64,000 nucleotides of DNA from contig JAFXLD010000043.1 in assembly GCA_017531385.1 (NCBI GenBank), positions 15,681 through 79,680 of the forward strand, in the 5' to 3' direction. The notes below the pieces were generated by a model, which saw only the letters and a list, made by a program, of their open reading frames with translations, ran no database searches and had not been told where the DNA came from. Every line of letters starts with the position of its first letter. Within the stretch, counting starts at the first letter, position 1. The translations under genes and the position numbers were made by a program. This document shows, one piece after another, positions 1 to 8,751 of this stretch. The DNA is from Clostridia bacterium. Its GTDB lineage: Bacteria; Bacillota; Clostridia; Oscillospirales; Acutalibacteraceae.

Positions 1-476
1 CTTCTGATTTTCTGAGAAATAAAAGGACTTAATCTGTAACCTACAAGTCTGTCAAGAATTCTTCTTGCCTGCTGTGCATTAACAAGATCCATATCAATTT
101 TTGACGGATTTGCCATTCCGTTCTGAACGCTTGTCTTGTTGATTTCGTTGAATTTTACTCGCTTTGTTTTATCAAGATCAAGTCCGAGTATGGTTGCAAG
201 ATGCCATGAAATTGCTTCTCCTTCGCGGTCCGGGTCAGTTGCAAGATATACTTCGTCACTTTTTTCAGCAAGAGCAGTAAGCTCCTTGACGAGTTTTTCC
301 TTTCCCTTTATTGTGACATACTTGGGTGCAAAATCATTGGCAACATCGACACTGAGCTTTGATGCGTACAAATCTCTCACGTGTCCCATTGAAGCCTTGA
401 CTTCAAATCCTTTTCCGAGATATTTTTTAATTGTACCTGCTTTTGTGGGTGACTCCACTATAACTAATTTTGACAT
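1..476 (-). CDS. topA: DNA topoisomerase I, N-terminal part (gene runs off the window start)
   Basis: The reverse strand from the ATG at 476-474 reads [36 protein letters not shown]...[16 protein letters not shown]...[10 protein letters not shown]. This is the TOPRIM/type IA topoisomerase N-terminus. The frame is open to position 1. dprA-topA adjacency is typical in Firmicutes. Confidence 0.9.
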   Translation of the reverse strand, partial: MSKLVIVESPTKAGTIKKYLGKGFEVKASMGHVRDLYASKLSVDVANDFAPKYVTIKGKEKLVKELTALAEKSDEVYLATDPDREGEAISWHLATILGLDLDKTKRVKFNEINKTSVQNGMANPSKIDMDLVNAQQARRILDRLVGYRLSPFISQKIR

Positions 477-500
477 ATCATCAATCCTGTATATAAAAAT

Positions 501-1709
501 TTAATTAATTTTCAATCCATATCTTTTTCCGCTGTGCATCATTACGATTCCGTAAAGCTCCAGCTCTGTAACAGCAGAAAGAACATCCTGAACCGACATA
601 CCGCTTTCGAGCACATATTCATCGGCAGTTTTTGCATCTTCTGTTATTATCCCATATAATTTTTTTGCATTTTCAGTTGCAAAATCCGGCAATTGAGCTT
701 TTTCCTGTTTTTTCTTAACAGGAGGTTCCTTTTTAACAGTTTCCCATGTTACCTGCTGTTTTTGTTCTGGTCGATTTTGATTATCCGTATGGAAATTACT
801 GCCAACATCCGGAATAATACCACCGTTCAGATCCATTATAACATCGCTGTAATAATCAATAACATCAGATACACTGAATACAGGTATTGCTCCGTTATTG
901 ATAAGATAGTTTGTTCCTGCGTGCTTTTTGCTAAAAATCTCACCGGGAACGGCAAAGATATCTCTTCCCTGCTTTATTGCATTGCGGGCAGTTATTATTG
1001 AACCGCTTTTTTCTCCGGCTTCTACAACAATAGTTCCTCTGCTCATGCCTGAAATAAGCCTGTTTCTTACGGGGAATGAATATCGTGTCGGTGGTGTAAA
1101 CGGTAAAAATTCACTGACAAGTGCTCCGTTTGCAGCAATCCGCTGACGAAGTGGTTCATTTTCCATAAGATAGGCACTGCCGAGACCGCTGCCGAGAAAA
1201 GCCACAGTTTTTCCGCCTGCGTCAATTGCCGCCGAATGTGCTGCAGAGTCTATTCCTATTGCACCGCCGCTTACAATAACTGCACCTGCCTGAGACAAGG
1301 AATATGCAATATCCGTTGCAGCTTTTATTCCGTACTCAGAAGCATTCCTTGTTCCGACCATCCCGATACATAATAGAGATTTCAGAACTTTTTCATCACC
1401 GTTAACATACAGAACAACAGGACAATCATGCAGACTTTTGAGTAACGGCGGAAAATTTTCATCATCATATGTTATGATTTTCCAACCGTTGTTTTCACAC
1501 TGTTTCATTATCGTGTATGATTCTGAAGGACTGTATGCAGCGAGAGAATCGGCAATTTTACGGTTTATTATACCCGACATCAGAAGATTTTTTCTGCCTG
1601 CTTCATAAATTTTTCTCGGATCACCGAAATATGACAGCAGTTCTTCAGTGTCTTTTCCCGCACCGAGAGTACGCTGAAGCCATATCCAGAATTCAACGGG
1701 ACAACTCAT
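501..1709 (-). CDS. dprA: DNA-processing protein DprA/Smf
   Basis: ORF 501..1736 carries the DprA Rossmann core (GMVGTRNASEYG, IVSGGAIGIDSAAH, RNRLISGMS, VVEAGEKSGS). I moved the start to the ATG at 1709-1707, which overlaps the upstream stop as ATGA. Confidence 0.88.
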   Translation of the reverse strand: MSCPVEFWIWLQRTLGAGKDTEELLSYFGDPRKIYEAGRKNLLMSGIINRKIADSLAAYSPSESYTIMKQCENNGWKIITYDDENFPPLLKSLHDCPVVLYVNGDEKVLKSLLCIGMVGTRNASEYGIKAATDIAYSLSQAGAVIVSGGAIGIDSAAHSAAIDAGGKTVAFLGSGLGSAYLMENEPLRQRIAANGALVSEFLPFTPPTRYSFPVRNRLISGMSRGTIVVEAGEKSGSIITARNAIKQGRDIFAVPGEIFSKKHAGTNYLINNGAIPVFSVSDVIDYYSDVIMDLNGGIIPDVGSNFHTDNQNRPEQKQQVTWETVKKEPPVKKKQEKAQLPDFATENAKKLYGIITEDAKTADEYVLESGMSVQDVLSAVTELELYGIVMMHSGKRYGLKIN

Positions 1710-2491
1710 CTGACCATCTCCCACATTATCATACATGCAGCCGCAGCTGCATTGAGTGACTCTGCTCTGCCCTTCATGGGAATGGTAACTTTACTGCTGC
1801 ATGAAGAAATTGTTTTTCCTGTAAGTCCGTTCCCCTCGTTACCGACAACACACACAATACCTTTGGATTTATCAATCTGTGTCACGGGTAAAGCAGTATT
1901 GTCGGGCACTGCTGCATATGTGTTCATTCCGTTTACATTACATTTTTCAATGAATGAGGGTAAATCAGGAACAGAAAAAACCTCAAGACGCAATAACGAA
2001 CCCATAGCTGCACGAAGTGCCTTGGGGTTATAGATATCACAGCCACCGCTGACTATTATTCCGTCAAGCCCCAGAGCTTCAGCAGTTCTCGCTGCAGCAC
2101 CGAGATTATCAGGTGTCTGAATGTTCTCCATGGCAATATATATACCATTATAATTTATTTTATCTATATTAGAGAATTTGTCAAGTGTTTTGCACACACA
2201 AAATACACCTTGATTTGTTTTTGTGTCTGATAACTTTGCTGCAATCTCCTCTGTTATAACATAACAGTCATCGCATGAATCCAACAGAACTTCAAGCTCT
2301 GAAGCATACTTTTCCATCGCATTTTCCGATACAAAAACTTCTTCAGGATGTATACCGTTTTCTGCTGCATCACAGCACAAACGAAGCCCCTCAAGAAAAA
2401 ACATACCTGTCTTTTTTCTGTAGGAACTTTCGGAGCAAAGTTTTGCCGCATTTTTGATTTTTTCGTTGTTTCTGCTTGTGATTCTGAGCAT
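1706..2491 (-). CDS. TrmH/SpoU-family RNA 2'-O-methyltransferase (RlmB-like)
   Basis: 261 aa with SpoU methylase motifs near the C-terminus (VVGNEGNGL, IPMKGRAESLNAAAAA). Confidence 0.8.
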   Translation of the reverse strand: MLRITSRNNEKIKNAAKLCSESSYRKKTGMFFLEGLRLCCDAAENGIHPEEVFVSENAMEKYASELEVLLDSCDDCYVITEEIAAKLSDTKTNQGVFCVCKTLDKFSNIDKINYNGIYIAMENIQTPDNLGAAARTAEALGLDGIIVSGGCDIYNPKALRAAMGSLLRLEVFSVPDLPSFIEKCNVNGMNTYAAVPDNTALPVTQIDKSKGIVCVVGNEGNGLTGKTISSCSSKVTIPMKGRAESLNAAAAACMIMWEMVR

Positions 2492-2513
2492 ATTATACCC
2501 CTTATTTTCTCTC

Positions 2514-2551
2514 TTAAAAAAACGGAAAAAGGGAATGCAATAAGCATTCCC
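2514..2551 (-). terminator. Intrinsic terminator after rplT
   Basis: The minus strand reads GGGAATGC-TTAT-TGCATTCCC followed by TTTTTCCGTTTTTTT. Confidence 0.7.
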
Positions 2552-2566
2552 ATATATATTTCCGGC

Positions 2567-2923
2567 TTATTTAAGTGCTGCCTTTGCCTGCTCTGTAAGA
2601 GCTGTGAAAGCTGCGGGATCAGCAATAGCGATTTCTGAAAGCATCTTTCTGTTAAGAGTGATGCCAGCCTTGCTCAGACCGTTCATGAATGTTGAATAGT
2701 TCATGCCGTTGAGCTTGCAAGCTGCTGAGATTCTTGTGATCCAGAGACGACGGAAGTTTCTCTTCTTCTGCTTTCTGCCGACATATGCATAGTTGCCGGA
2801 CTTCATAACTGCCTGCTTAGCAGTCTTGAAAAGTCTTGACTTTGAGCCATAATAACCCTTAGCAAGCTTTAATACTTTATTTCTTCTCTTACGAGTCATT
2901 GTAGCGCCTTTAATACGTGCCAT
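2567..2923 (-). CDS. rplT: 50S ribosomal protein L20
   Basis: 118 aa, [39 protein letters not shown]...; unmistakable L20. Confidence 0.97.
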   Translation of the reverse strand: MARIKGATMTRKRRNKVLKLAKGYYGSKSRLFKTAKQAVMKSGNYAYVGRKQKKRNFRRLWITRISAACKLNGMNYSTFMNGLSKAGITLNRKMLSEIAIADPAAFTALTEQAKAALK

Positions 2924-2948
2924 TTTAAGTTACCTCCTGAATTATAGA

Positions 2949-3146
2949 TTATTTGTAGGGAATAAGCTTCTTGATCTGCTTTACGTTTGTCTTATCAGCA
3001 GTTGTTGTCTGACGCAGATTTCTTTTTCTCTTTGTTGTCTTCTTGTTGAGGATGTGTGACTTATAAGCGTGAGCACGGATAACCTTACCGGTTTTGGAAA
3101 GCTTAAAGCGCTTCTTAGCACCGCTGTTTGTTTTAATTTTGGGCAT
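2949..3146 (-). CDS. rpmI: 50S ribosomal protein L35
   Basis: Internal ATG of ORF 2949..3344 gives the 65-aa [45 protein letters not shown]... It lies in the conserved infC-rpmI-rplT order. Confidence 0.96.
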   Translation of the reverse strand: MPKIKTNSGAKKRFKLSKTGKVIRAHAYKSHILNKKTTKRKRNLRQTTTADKTNVKQIKKLIPYK

Positions 3147-3180
3147 AGTTATTTCCTCCTGTTTTTTATTACATATTGAT

Positions 3181-3708
3181 TTATTTGGTCGGTTTTGCGG
3201 CAAGGAACATGAGCATCGTACGGCCGTCAAGTTTTGCGGGCTTTTCGATGTTACCGTTTTCCGAGCACATTTCGGCAAATCTGGCCATGATTTCAAGTCC
3301 TCTTTCGGGATGAGCCATTTCTCTTCCTCTGAAACGGATTGCAACTTTTACCTTGTTACCCTGTTTCAGGAACTTGTTTGCATTTTTGGCCTTTGTTTCC
3401 AGGTCATGCGTATCGATGTTGAGAGAAAGCTGAACTTCCTTGATATCGATCTGATGCTGATTTTTCTTAGCTTCCTTTTCTCTCTTCTGCTGCTCAAATC
3501 TGTACTTACCGTAGTCCATAATTTTGCACACGGGAGGCTTAGCCTGAGGAGCAATTTTAACGAGATCAAGATTCTTCTGAGCTGCAATTCTGAGTGCATC
3601 CGAAGCTGACATAATGCCGAGCTGTTCACCGTCATCAGTTACAACACGGATCTCCTTGTCACGGATATCCTCATTCAGCTGCACGTCCTTAGTATCCTTA
3701 GTACCGAT
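3181..3708 (-). CDS. infC: Translation initiation factor IF-3, probable non-AUG (AUC) start
   Basis: IF-3 sequence begins at ...[34 protein letters not shown]...[14 protein letters not shown]... The N-terminal 62 codons of the track ORF cover the promoter and leader and are not IF-3-like. GGAGG sits 9 nt upstream of the in-frame ATC at 3708-3706. This gives 175 aa, a normal IF-3 length. The exact start is unproven. Confidence 0.88.
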   Translation of the reverse strand: MGTKDTKDVQLNEDIRDKEIRVVTDDGEQLGIMSASDALRIAAQKNLDLVKIAPQAKPPVCKIMDYGKYRFEQQKREKEAKKNQHQIDIKEVQLSLNIDTHDLETKAKNANKFLKQGNKVKVAIRFRGREMAHPERGLEIMARFAEMCSENGNIEKPAKLDGRTMLMFLAAKPTK

Positions 3709-3714
3709 GTTCAA

Positions 3715-3860
3715 ACACCTCCAAATAGAATAAACAAAGCGCAGACGTAAAACACCTGCACTCATACAATAACACCCGAAAATAATCATCGGGAAAGATA
3801 TTGACCTTACGAGAATGATGTCTGCAAGGTGAGCACACAATGTGTCTACTTTGTTTTGCT
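3715..3860 (-). promoter_or_regulatory. Putative L20-responsive leader (L20_leader-type) of the infC-rpmI-rplT operon
   Basis: About 150-nt untranslated leader between a consensus promoter and infC. A long-range pairing joins AAACAAAG (near the 5' end) with CTTTGTTT (just before a U-rich tract and the SD). Position and gene context match the Firmicute L20 leader. The family assignment was not verified by a covariance model. Confidence 0.45.
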
Positions 3861-3865
3861 TTGAC

Positions 3866-3894
3866 ATTATAATACAACTTTTCCGGTTTGTCAA
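3866..3894 (-). promoter_or_regulatory. SigA-type promoter of the infC operon
   Basis: The minus strand reads TTGACA-17 nt-TATAAT, a perfect consensus for both hexamers and spacing. Confidence 0.65.
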
Positions 3895-3991
3895 GAGGAA
3901 AAATTAAAAATATTTCATTTTTTAACAGCAGGAAGTGAATAAATAAAACTCTGCTAAGTTCAGTCATTCATTCACTTCTCTGCATTAGTAA

Positions 3992-5527
3992 TTATTTTTC
4001 AGTATTCCAGAATTTCCTGTCAAGACTTCTGTACTGCAAAGCCTCCGAAATATGTTTTATGTCAATTTTTTCTGCACCGTCAAGGTCTGCAATCGTTCTT
4101 GCCAAACGCAGAATTTTGTCATATGCTCTTGCAGAAAGACCGAGATTATCAAAAGAATTCTTCAGTACCATCGAAGCAGGCTCCGTCAATATACAGAATC
4201 TGCGTGTCATTTCAGCAGTCATATGAGCATTAGATTTAATATCGGTACCTTCAAAACGCTTTGTCTGGATGCGTCTTGCTGTATTGACTCTTGCTCTGAT
4301 AAGCTCTGATGACTCTCCTCTTGACGAATCCGAAAGGTCATCAAAATTCACCTGTGGCACTTCAATATGAATGTCAAGTCTGTCAAGCAGCGGTCCGCTG
4401 ACTTTTGAAAGATACCTTGCAGGTGCACCTGTAGGACAAGTACACTTTCTTGTGGCATGACCGAAATATCCGCAGGGACAAGGGTTCATTGCACATACAA
4501 GCATAACCGAGCAGGGATATGTAAGCGTACCGGCAACTCTTGAAATCGTAACAACTCCGTCTTCAATCGGCTGTCTGAGAGCTTCCATTGCGTTTTTTGC
4601 AAATTCGGTAAGTTCATCGAGAAACAAAACGCCGTTATGTGCAAGAGAAACTTCGCCCGGTTTCGGAATCGAACCACCGCCCGAAAGTCCCGGAGCAGAC
4701 ACGGTATGATGAGGTGAACGGAACGGTCTTTTTCTGATAAGAGGTACATCTTTCGGAAGTATCCCAGCGACAGAGAATATCTTTGTAGTTTCAAGAGATT
4801 CTTCAAATGTCATATCGGGAAGAATTGATGGAATACGCTTTGCAAGCATACTTTTACCCGATCCGGGAGGACCTATCATCATAATATTATGACCGCCTGC
4901 AGCTGCAACTTCAAGCGCTCTTTTTGCTTGAAACTGACCTTTGACATCAGCAAAATCAGCATCAAAAAACAGTTTTTCGTTATCCTGAGAATCTTCAAAA
5001 ACAGCCGGTGCAATAAGTTCTTTGCCCGTAAGATGATTAATAAGCTGCTTTATGTCTTCAACCGCATAAACTTCTATTCCGTCAACAACAGAAGCCTCTG
5101 CTTCATTATCTTTCGGCACAAAAATCTTTTTTATGCCGTTATTTCTTGCTTCAATAACCATCGGAAGCACACCATTAACATGATGCACTTCACCACCGAG
5201 CGACAATTCACCGAGAAATGCACAACTCTCTATATCACACACAAGCTGTCTTGATGAAAGCATAAGAGCAATAAGGATAGGCAGATCATAAATCGGACCT
5301 TCCTTTTTTATATCTGCAGGTGCAAGATTCACCGTAATATGAACAAGAGGAAAATCATAACCGCTGTTTTTCATGGCAGCTCGTACTCTTTCCCTTGACT
5401 CACTGACAGCAGCATCAGGCAGTCCCACAACATCAAATTTTGCTTTTCCCATTGATATATCTGCTTCAATATCCACCATATATGAATGCATGCCGATTAT
5501 TCCGACACTTGTAACCGTTGAAAACAT
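3992..5527 (-). CDS. YifB/ComM-family Mg-chelatase-like AAA+ ATPase
   Basis: Has the Lon-protease-like N-domain, Walker A (MMIGPPGSGKSM), LFLDELTEF, and the Cys cluster CAMNPCPCGYFGH..CTC typical of YifB/ComM. Start placed at MFSTVTS. Confidence 0.9.
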   Translation of the reverse strand: MFSTVTSVGIIGMHSYMVDIEADISMGKAKFDVVGLPDAAVSESRERVRAAMKNSGYDFPLVHITVNLAPADIKKEGPIYDLPILIALMLSSRQLVCDIESCAFLGELSLGGEVHHVNGVLPMVIEARNNGIKKIFVPKDNEAEASVVDGIEVYAVEDIKQLINHLTGKELIAPAVFEDSQDNEKLFFDADFADVKGQFQAKRALEVAAAGGHNIMMIGPPGSGKSMLAKRIPSILPDMTFEESLETTKIFSVAGILPKDVPLIRKRPFRSPHHTVSAPGLSGGGSIPKPGEVSLAHNGVLFLDELTEFAKNAMEALRQPIEDGVVTISRVAGTLTYPCSVMLVCAMNPCPCGYFGHATRKCTCPTGAPARYLSKVSGPLLDRLDIHIEVPQVNFDDLSDSSRGESSELIRARVNTARRIQTKRFEGTDIKSNAHMTAEMTRRFCILTEPASMVLKNSFDNLGLSARAYDKILRLARTIADLDGAEKIDIKHISEALQYRSLDRKFWNTEK

Positions 5528-5609
5528 GATAAGTCTCCTTATGAACATTTGTTCAATATAATTTTACAATAAATATTTTTATTTGTCAACAAAATTATGC
5601 AAAAAATAT

Positions 5610-5637
5610 TTGCATTTGCATAAAAATGGTATATAAT
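5610..5637 (+). promoter_or_regulatory. Candidate promoter of the phosphohexomutase gene
   Basis: TTGCAT-16 nt-TATAAT. An inverted repeat ATGCAAA-N5-TTTGCAT (5597-5615) overlaps the -35 hexamer. Confidence 0.4.
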
Positions 5638-5671
5638 ATAAGATGAATTTATTTGTAAAGGAACGAGTGTT

Positions 5672-7393
5672 ATGACAGATTACAATTTCTTATACGAACT
5701 TTGGCTCAAAAATGCAGTCAATGATCCGGATCTTAAAGATGAACTCGAAAATATACAAGGTAACGATGCGGAAATTCTTGATCGCTTTTACAGAAGTCTT
5801 GAATTCGGCACAGGCGGTCTGCGTGGCGTAATTGGTGCAGGGACAAACAGAATGAATGTTTACACCGTTGCACAGGCAACACAGGGGCTTGCAAATTATC
5901 TTAACGAAGAGTTTGAAGAGCCTTCCGTTGCCATCGGTTATGATTCAAGAATCAAATCTCAGCTCTTTGCTGAAACTGCTGCAGGTGTTCTTGCCGCAAA
6001 CGGCATCAAGGTTTATATCTATTCCGAGCTTATGCCCACTCCCATGATTTCCTATGCCGTAATGCGACTTCATTGCAGTTCAGGTATCGTTATCACAGCG
6101 AGCCACAATCCTTCAAAATACAACGGTTACAAATGCTATGATTCCAAGGGTTACCAGATGACCGATGAAGGTGCAAAGAAAACTTACGATTATATCAGTA
6201 ATGTTGATATCTTCAATGATGTAAAATCAATGAGCTTTGATGATGCACTTGCAGAGGATATGGTTGACTTTATCGAAGACTGGCTTATTGATGATTTCTA
6301 CAGCGACGTTCTTTCACGTCAGATTGAAAAAGGCATCTGCAAAAAAGCCAACCTTAAAGTCATATACTCTCCTCTTAACGGCACAGGCAACAAGCCCGTT
6401 AAATCAATCCTTAAAAAAATCGGTGTAAAAGACCTTAAAATAGTTCTTGCTCAGGAAAAACCCGACGGTAACTTCCCCACCTGCCCATTCCCCAATCCCG
6501 AAATCCAGCAGGTGTTTGAAGAGGGCATGAAGCTGACTGCTGATTTCCCTGCAGACATTATGCTTGCAACCGACCCTGACTGTGACCGTGTTGGTATTGC
6601 TGTGCGTCACAACGGTGAATACAAGCTTATGACAGGTAACGAAGTCGGTTGTATGCTTACGGAATACATCCTTTCAAGAAAGAAAGCTCAGGGCACACTC
6701 TGCGATAATCCTGTTGTTGTAAAGACAATTGTTACAACAGAACTTATCAGAGCCATTGCAAAGGAATATAACGCAGAAGTTTTTGATCTTCTTACAGGCT
6801 TTAAATATATCGGTGAACTTATTGAACAGCTCAAAGACAAGGGCGAAGAAGACCGTTATGAAATCGGTCTTGAAGAAAGCTACGGTTACCTTACAGGTAC
6901 TCATGCAAGAGATAAGGATGCTGTCAACGCTTCAATGATGATTATTGAGATGGCTGCATACTATAAAACTCAGGGCTTGACACTTGTTGACGTTATGAAC
7001 AGCCTTTATGAAAAACACGGTATGTACCTCAATTCACTTCTCAACTTCGGTTTTGAAGGTGCTGACGGTATGAAGAAAATGGCTGACATGATGGATTCAA
7101 TGAGAAACAATCCTCCCGCAGAAATCGGCGGAATCAAAGTTGAAAAAGTTTCGGATTATCTCACAGGCAAGGCAACTGACACCGCAACAGGCAATACTGA
7201 AACAATTGATCTGCCTTCATCAAATGTTCTTTCCTACTCTCTTACAGATGACAACAAGGTTGTTGTAAGACCTTCAGGAACTGAACCCAAAATCAAAATT
7301 TATATCACTGCACATTCCGATACAAGAGAAAATGCAGAAAAACTTACAGATGTAATTGCAGAAAGTATTAAGAAAATAGCAGGTATTGAATAA
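5672..7393 (+). CDS. Phosphoglucomutase/phosphomannomutase-family phosphohexomutase (PgcA-like)
   Basis: 573 aa with active-site loop ITASHNPSKYNGYK, metal loop ATDPDCDRVG, and sugar/phosphate loops GLEESYGY and RPSGTEPKIK. Confidence 0.88.
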   Translation: MTDYNFLYELWLKNAVNDPDLKDELENIQGNDAEILDRFYRSLEFGTGGLRGVIGAGTNRMNVYTVAQATQGLANYLNEEFEEPSVAIGYDSRIKSQLFAETAAGVLAANGIKVYIYSELMPTPMISYAVMRLHCSSGIVITASHNPSKYNGYKCYDSKGYQMTDEGAKKTYDYISNVDIFNDVKSMSFDDALAEDMVDFIEDWLIDDFYSDVLSRQIEKGICKKANLKVIYSPLNGTGNKPVKSILKKIGVKDLKIVLAQEKPDGNFPTCPFPNPEIQQVFEEGMKLTADFPADIMLATDPDCDRVGIAVRHNGEYKLMTGNEVGCMLTEYILSRKKAQGTLCDNPVVVKTIVTTELIRAIAKEYNAEVFDLLTGFKYIGELIEQLKDKGEEDRYEIGLEESYGYLTGTHARDKDAVNASMMIIEMAAYYKTQGLTLVDVMNSLYEKHGMYLNSLLNFGFEGADGMKKMADMMDSMRNNPPAEIGGIKVEKVSDYLTGKATDTATGNTETIDLPSSNVLSYSLTDDNKVVVRPSGTEPKIKIYITAHSDTRENAEKLTDVIAESIKKIAGIE

Positions 7394-7494
7394 TGAATAA
7401 GAAATTTACAAAAATCGTTTCAATAGTTATGGCGATTCTGATGGTATTAAGCGTAGTTTCAGTTATGATCTACGCAATTGCGGCAGCATTATGA
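7393..7494 (+). CDS. Small hydrophobic peptide (33 aa), hypothetical
   Basis: MNKKFTKIVSIVMAILMVLSVVSVMIYAIAAAL. Its ATG overlaps the upstream stop (TAATG) and its stop overlaps the downstream ATG (ATGA). It is a single predicted TM helix with a Lys-rich N-terminus. No homology evidence is available to me. Confidence 0.3.
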   Translation: MNKKFTKIVSIVMAILMVLSVVSVMIYAIAAAL

Positions 7495-8702
7495 TAAACA
7501 ATAATATATTTGAAAACTGCGAACTGCTTTGTCCCGCAGGCAGCTTTGAAAGCATGAAAACGGCACTTCACTTCGGTGCAGATGCCGTTTATGCAGGCGG
7601 ACCTTTTATGCAGCTTCGTGCAGGCAATGCAGGTTTTTCCGAAGAAAACATAATAAAAGCCGCAGAGCTTGTTCATGGGGAAGGCAAAAAACTTTATATA
7701 ACGGTCAATTGTTTTGCAACAAACAGTGAAATTGACCGTCTTCCTGACTATGCACGTTTTTTATATGAAACAGGTGTTGACGGAGTTATCGTTTCAGACC
7801 TGGGTTCGGTTATAACAATCAAAAATGCAGCACCCGATCTGCCTGTTCACATAAGCACTCAGGCAAACATCCAAAACTACAAAACTGCTGAAGTTTACTA
7901 TAACATGGGTGCTGAAAGAGTTGTTCTCGGCAGAGAAATGACACTTGAAGAAATCGCTGAGCTTCGTGCAAGAACTCCCAAAGACATGGAAATCGAAGCT
8001 TTTGTACACGGTGCGATGTGTATGTCATATTCAGGCAGATGCTTAATCAGCTCCTATCTTTCCGGCAAAAGCGGTAATCACGGCGAATGCACACAGCCCT
8101 GCAGATGGATGTACAACATCGTTGAGGAAAAACGGCCCGAACAGCATTTCACCGTTATTGAAGAAAACGGCACTTCTGCAATTCTCAGCTCACATGACCT
8201 TTGCTGTATTGATTTCCTTGATGAAATCGCAAAGGCAGGTGTTGTTTCTTTCAAAATAGAAGGAAGAATGAAATCTCCTTATTATGTGGCAACCGTCACA
8301 AATGCTTACAGACAGAGAATGAACGGCACAGCAAGTCTTGATGAGCTTAAATACGAGCTTGAATGTGCAAGCCACAGACCTTATTCAACAGGTTTTTATT
8401 ACGGTGCATTGAAATATGACCATAATAATGACGGACTTTATCATCAGAGCTGTAAGTTTATCGGTATTGTACTTGGTGAAGATACAGACGGCAGATATTT
8501 CGTTGAAATGAGAAACAGATTTTCAGTCGGTGACAGACTTGAAATTCTTTCTCCCAATTCATCAGGTAAGAGTTTCACCGTTGAAAGCATAAAGGATAAA
8601 AACGGAAATGACAGACAGACAGCACATCTTCCGCAGGAAATTCTCAGTGTTGCATGTAATGAAAAACTCAGCGAAGGCGATATTTTAAGAATAAGACTTT
8701 AA
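7491..8702 (+). CDS. Peptidase U32 family protein
   Basis: 403 aa, ELLCPAGSFESMKTALHFGADAVY..., with the family signature EAFVHGAMCMSYSGRCLISSYLSGKSGNHGECTQPCRW. Confidence 0.85.
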   Translation: MINNNIFENCELLCPAGSFESMKTALHFGADAVYAGGPFMQLRAGNAGFSEENIIKAAELVHGEGKKLYITVNCFATNSEIDRLPDYARFLYETGVDGVIVSDLGSVITIKNAAPDLPVHISTQANIQNYKTAEVYYNMGAERVVLGREMTLEEIAELRARTPKDMEIEAFVHGAMCMSYSGRCLISSYLSGKSGNHGECTQPCRWMYNIVEEKRPEQHFTVIEENGTSAILSSHDLCCIDFLDEIAKAGVVSFKIEGRMKSPYYVATVTNAYRQRMNGTASLDELKYELECASHRPYSTGFYYGALKYDHNNDGLYHQSCKFIGIVLGEDTDGRYFVEMRNRFSVGDRLEILSPNSSGKSFTVESIKDKNGNDRQTAHLPQEILSVACNEKLSEGDILRIRL

Positions 8703-8716
8703 AACATCATATACGC

Positions 8717-8751
8717 AAAAAAAAAGCAGTCATTAACGACTGCTTTTTTCT
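8717..8751. terminator. Bidirectional intrinsic terminator between convergent genes
   Basis: AAAAAAAAAGCAGTC-ATTAAC-GACTGCTTTTTT. An A-run and a T-run flank a GC-containing stem. Confidence 0.7.

Noticed and set aside
136-504. 122-aa plus-strand ORF at the window start
   Set aside because: It lies antisense to an unmistakable topA TOPRIM coding sequence. Its composition is low-complexity and Ser/Phe-rich, typical of a shadow ORF.
3698-3967. 89-aa minus-strand ORF, and the 62-codon N-terminal extension of the infC ORF (up to 3894)
   Set aside because: Both run through the consensus promoter and the untranslated leader. The sequence is not IF-3-like and no SD precedes their ATGs.
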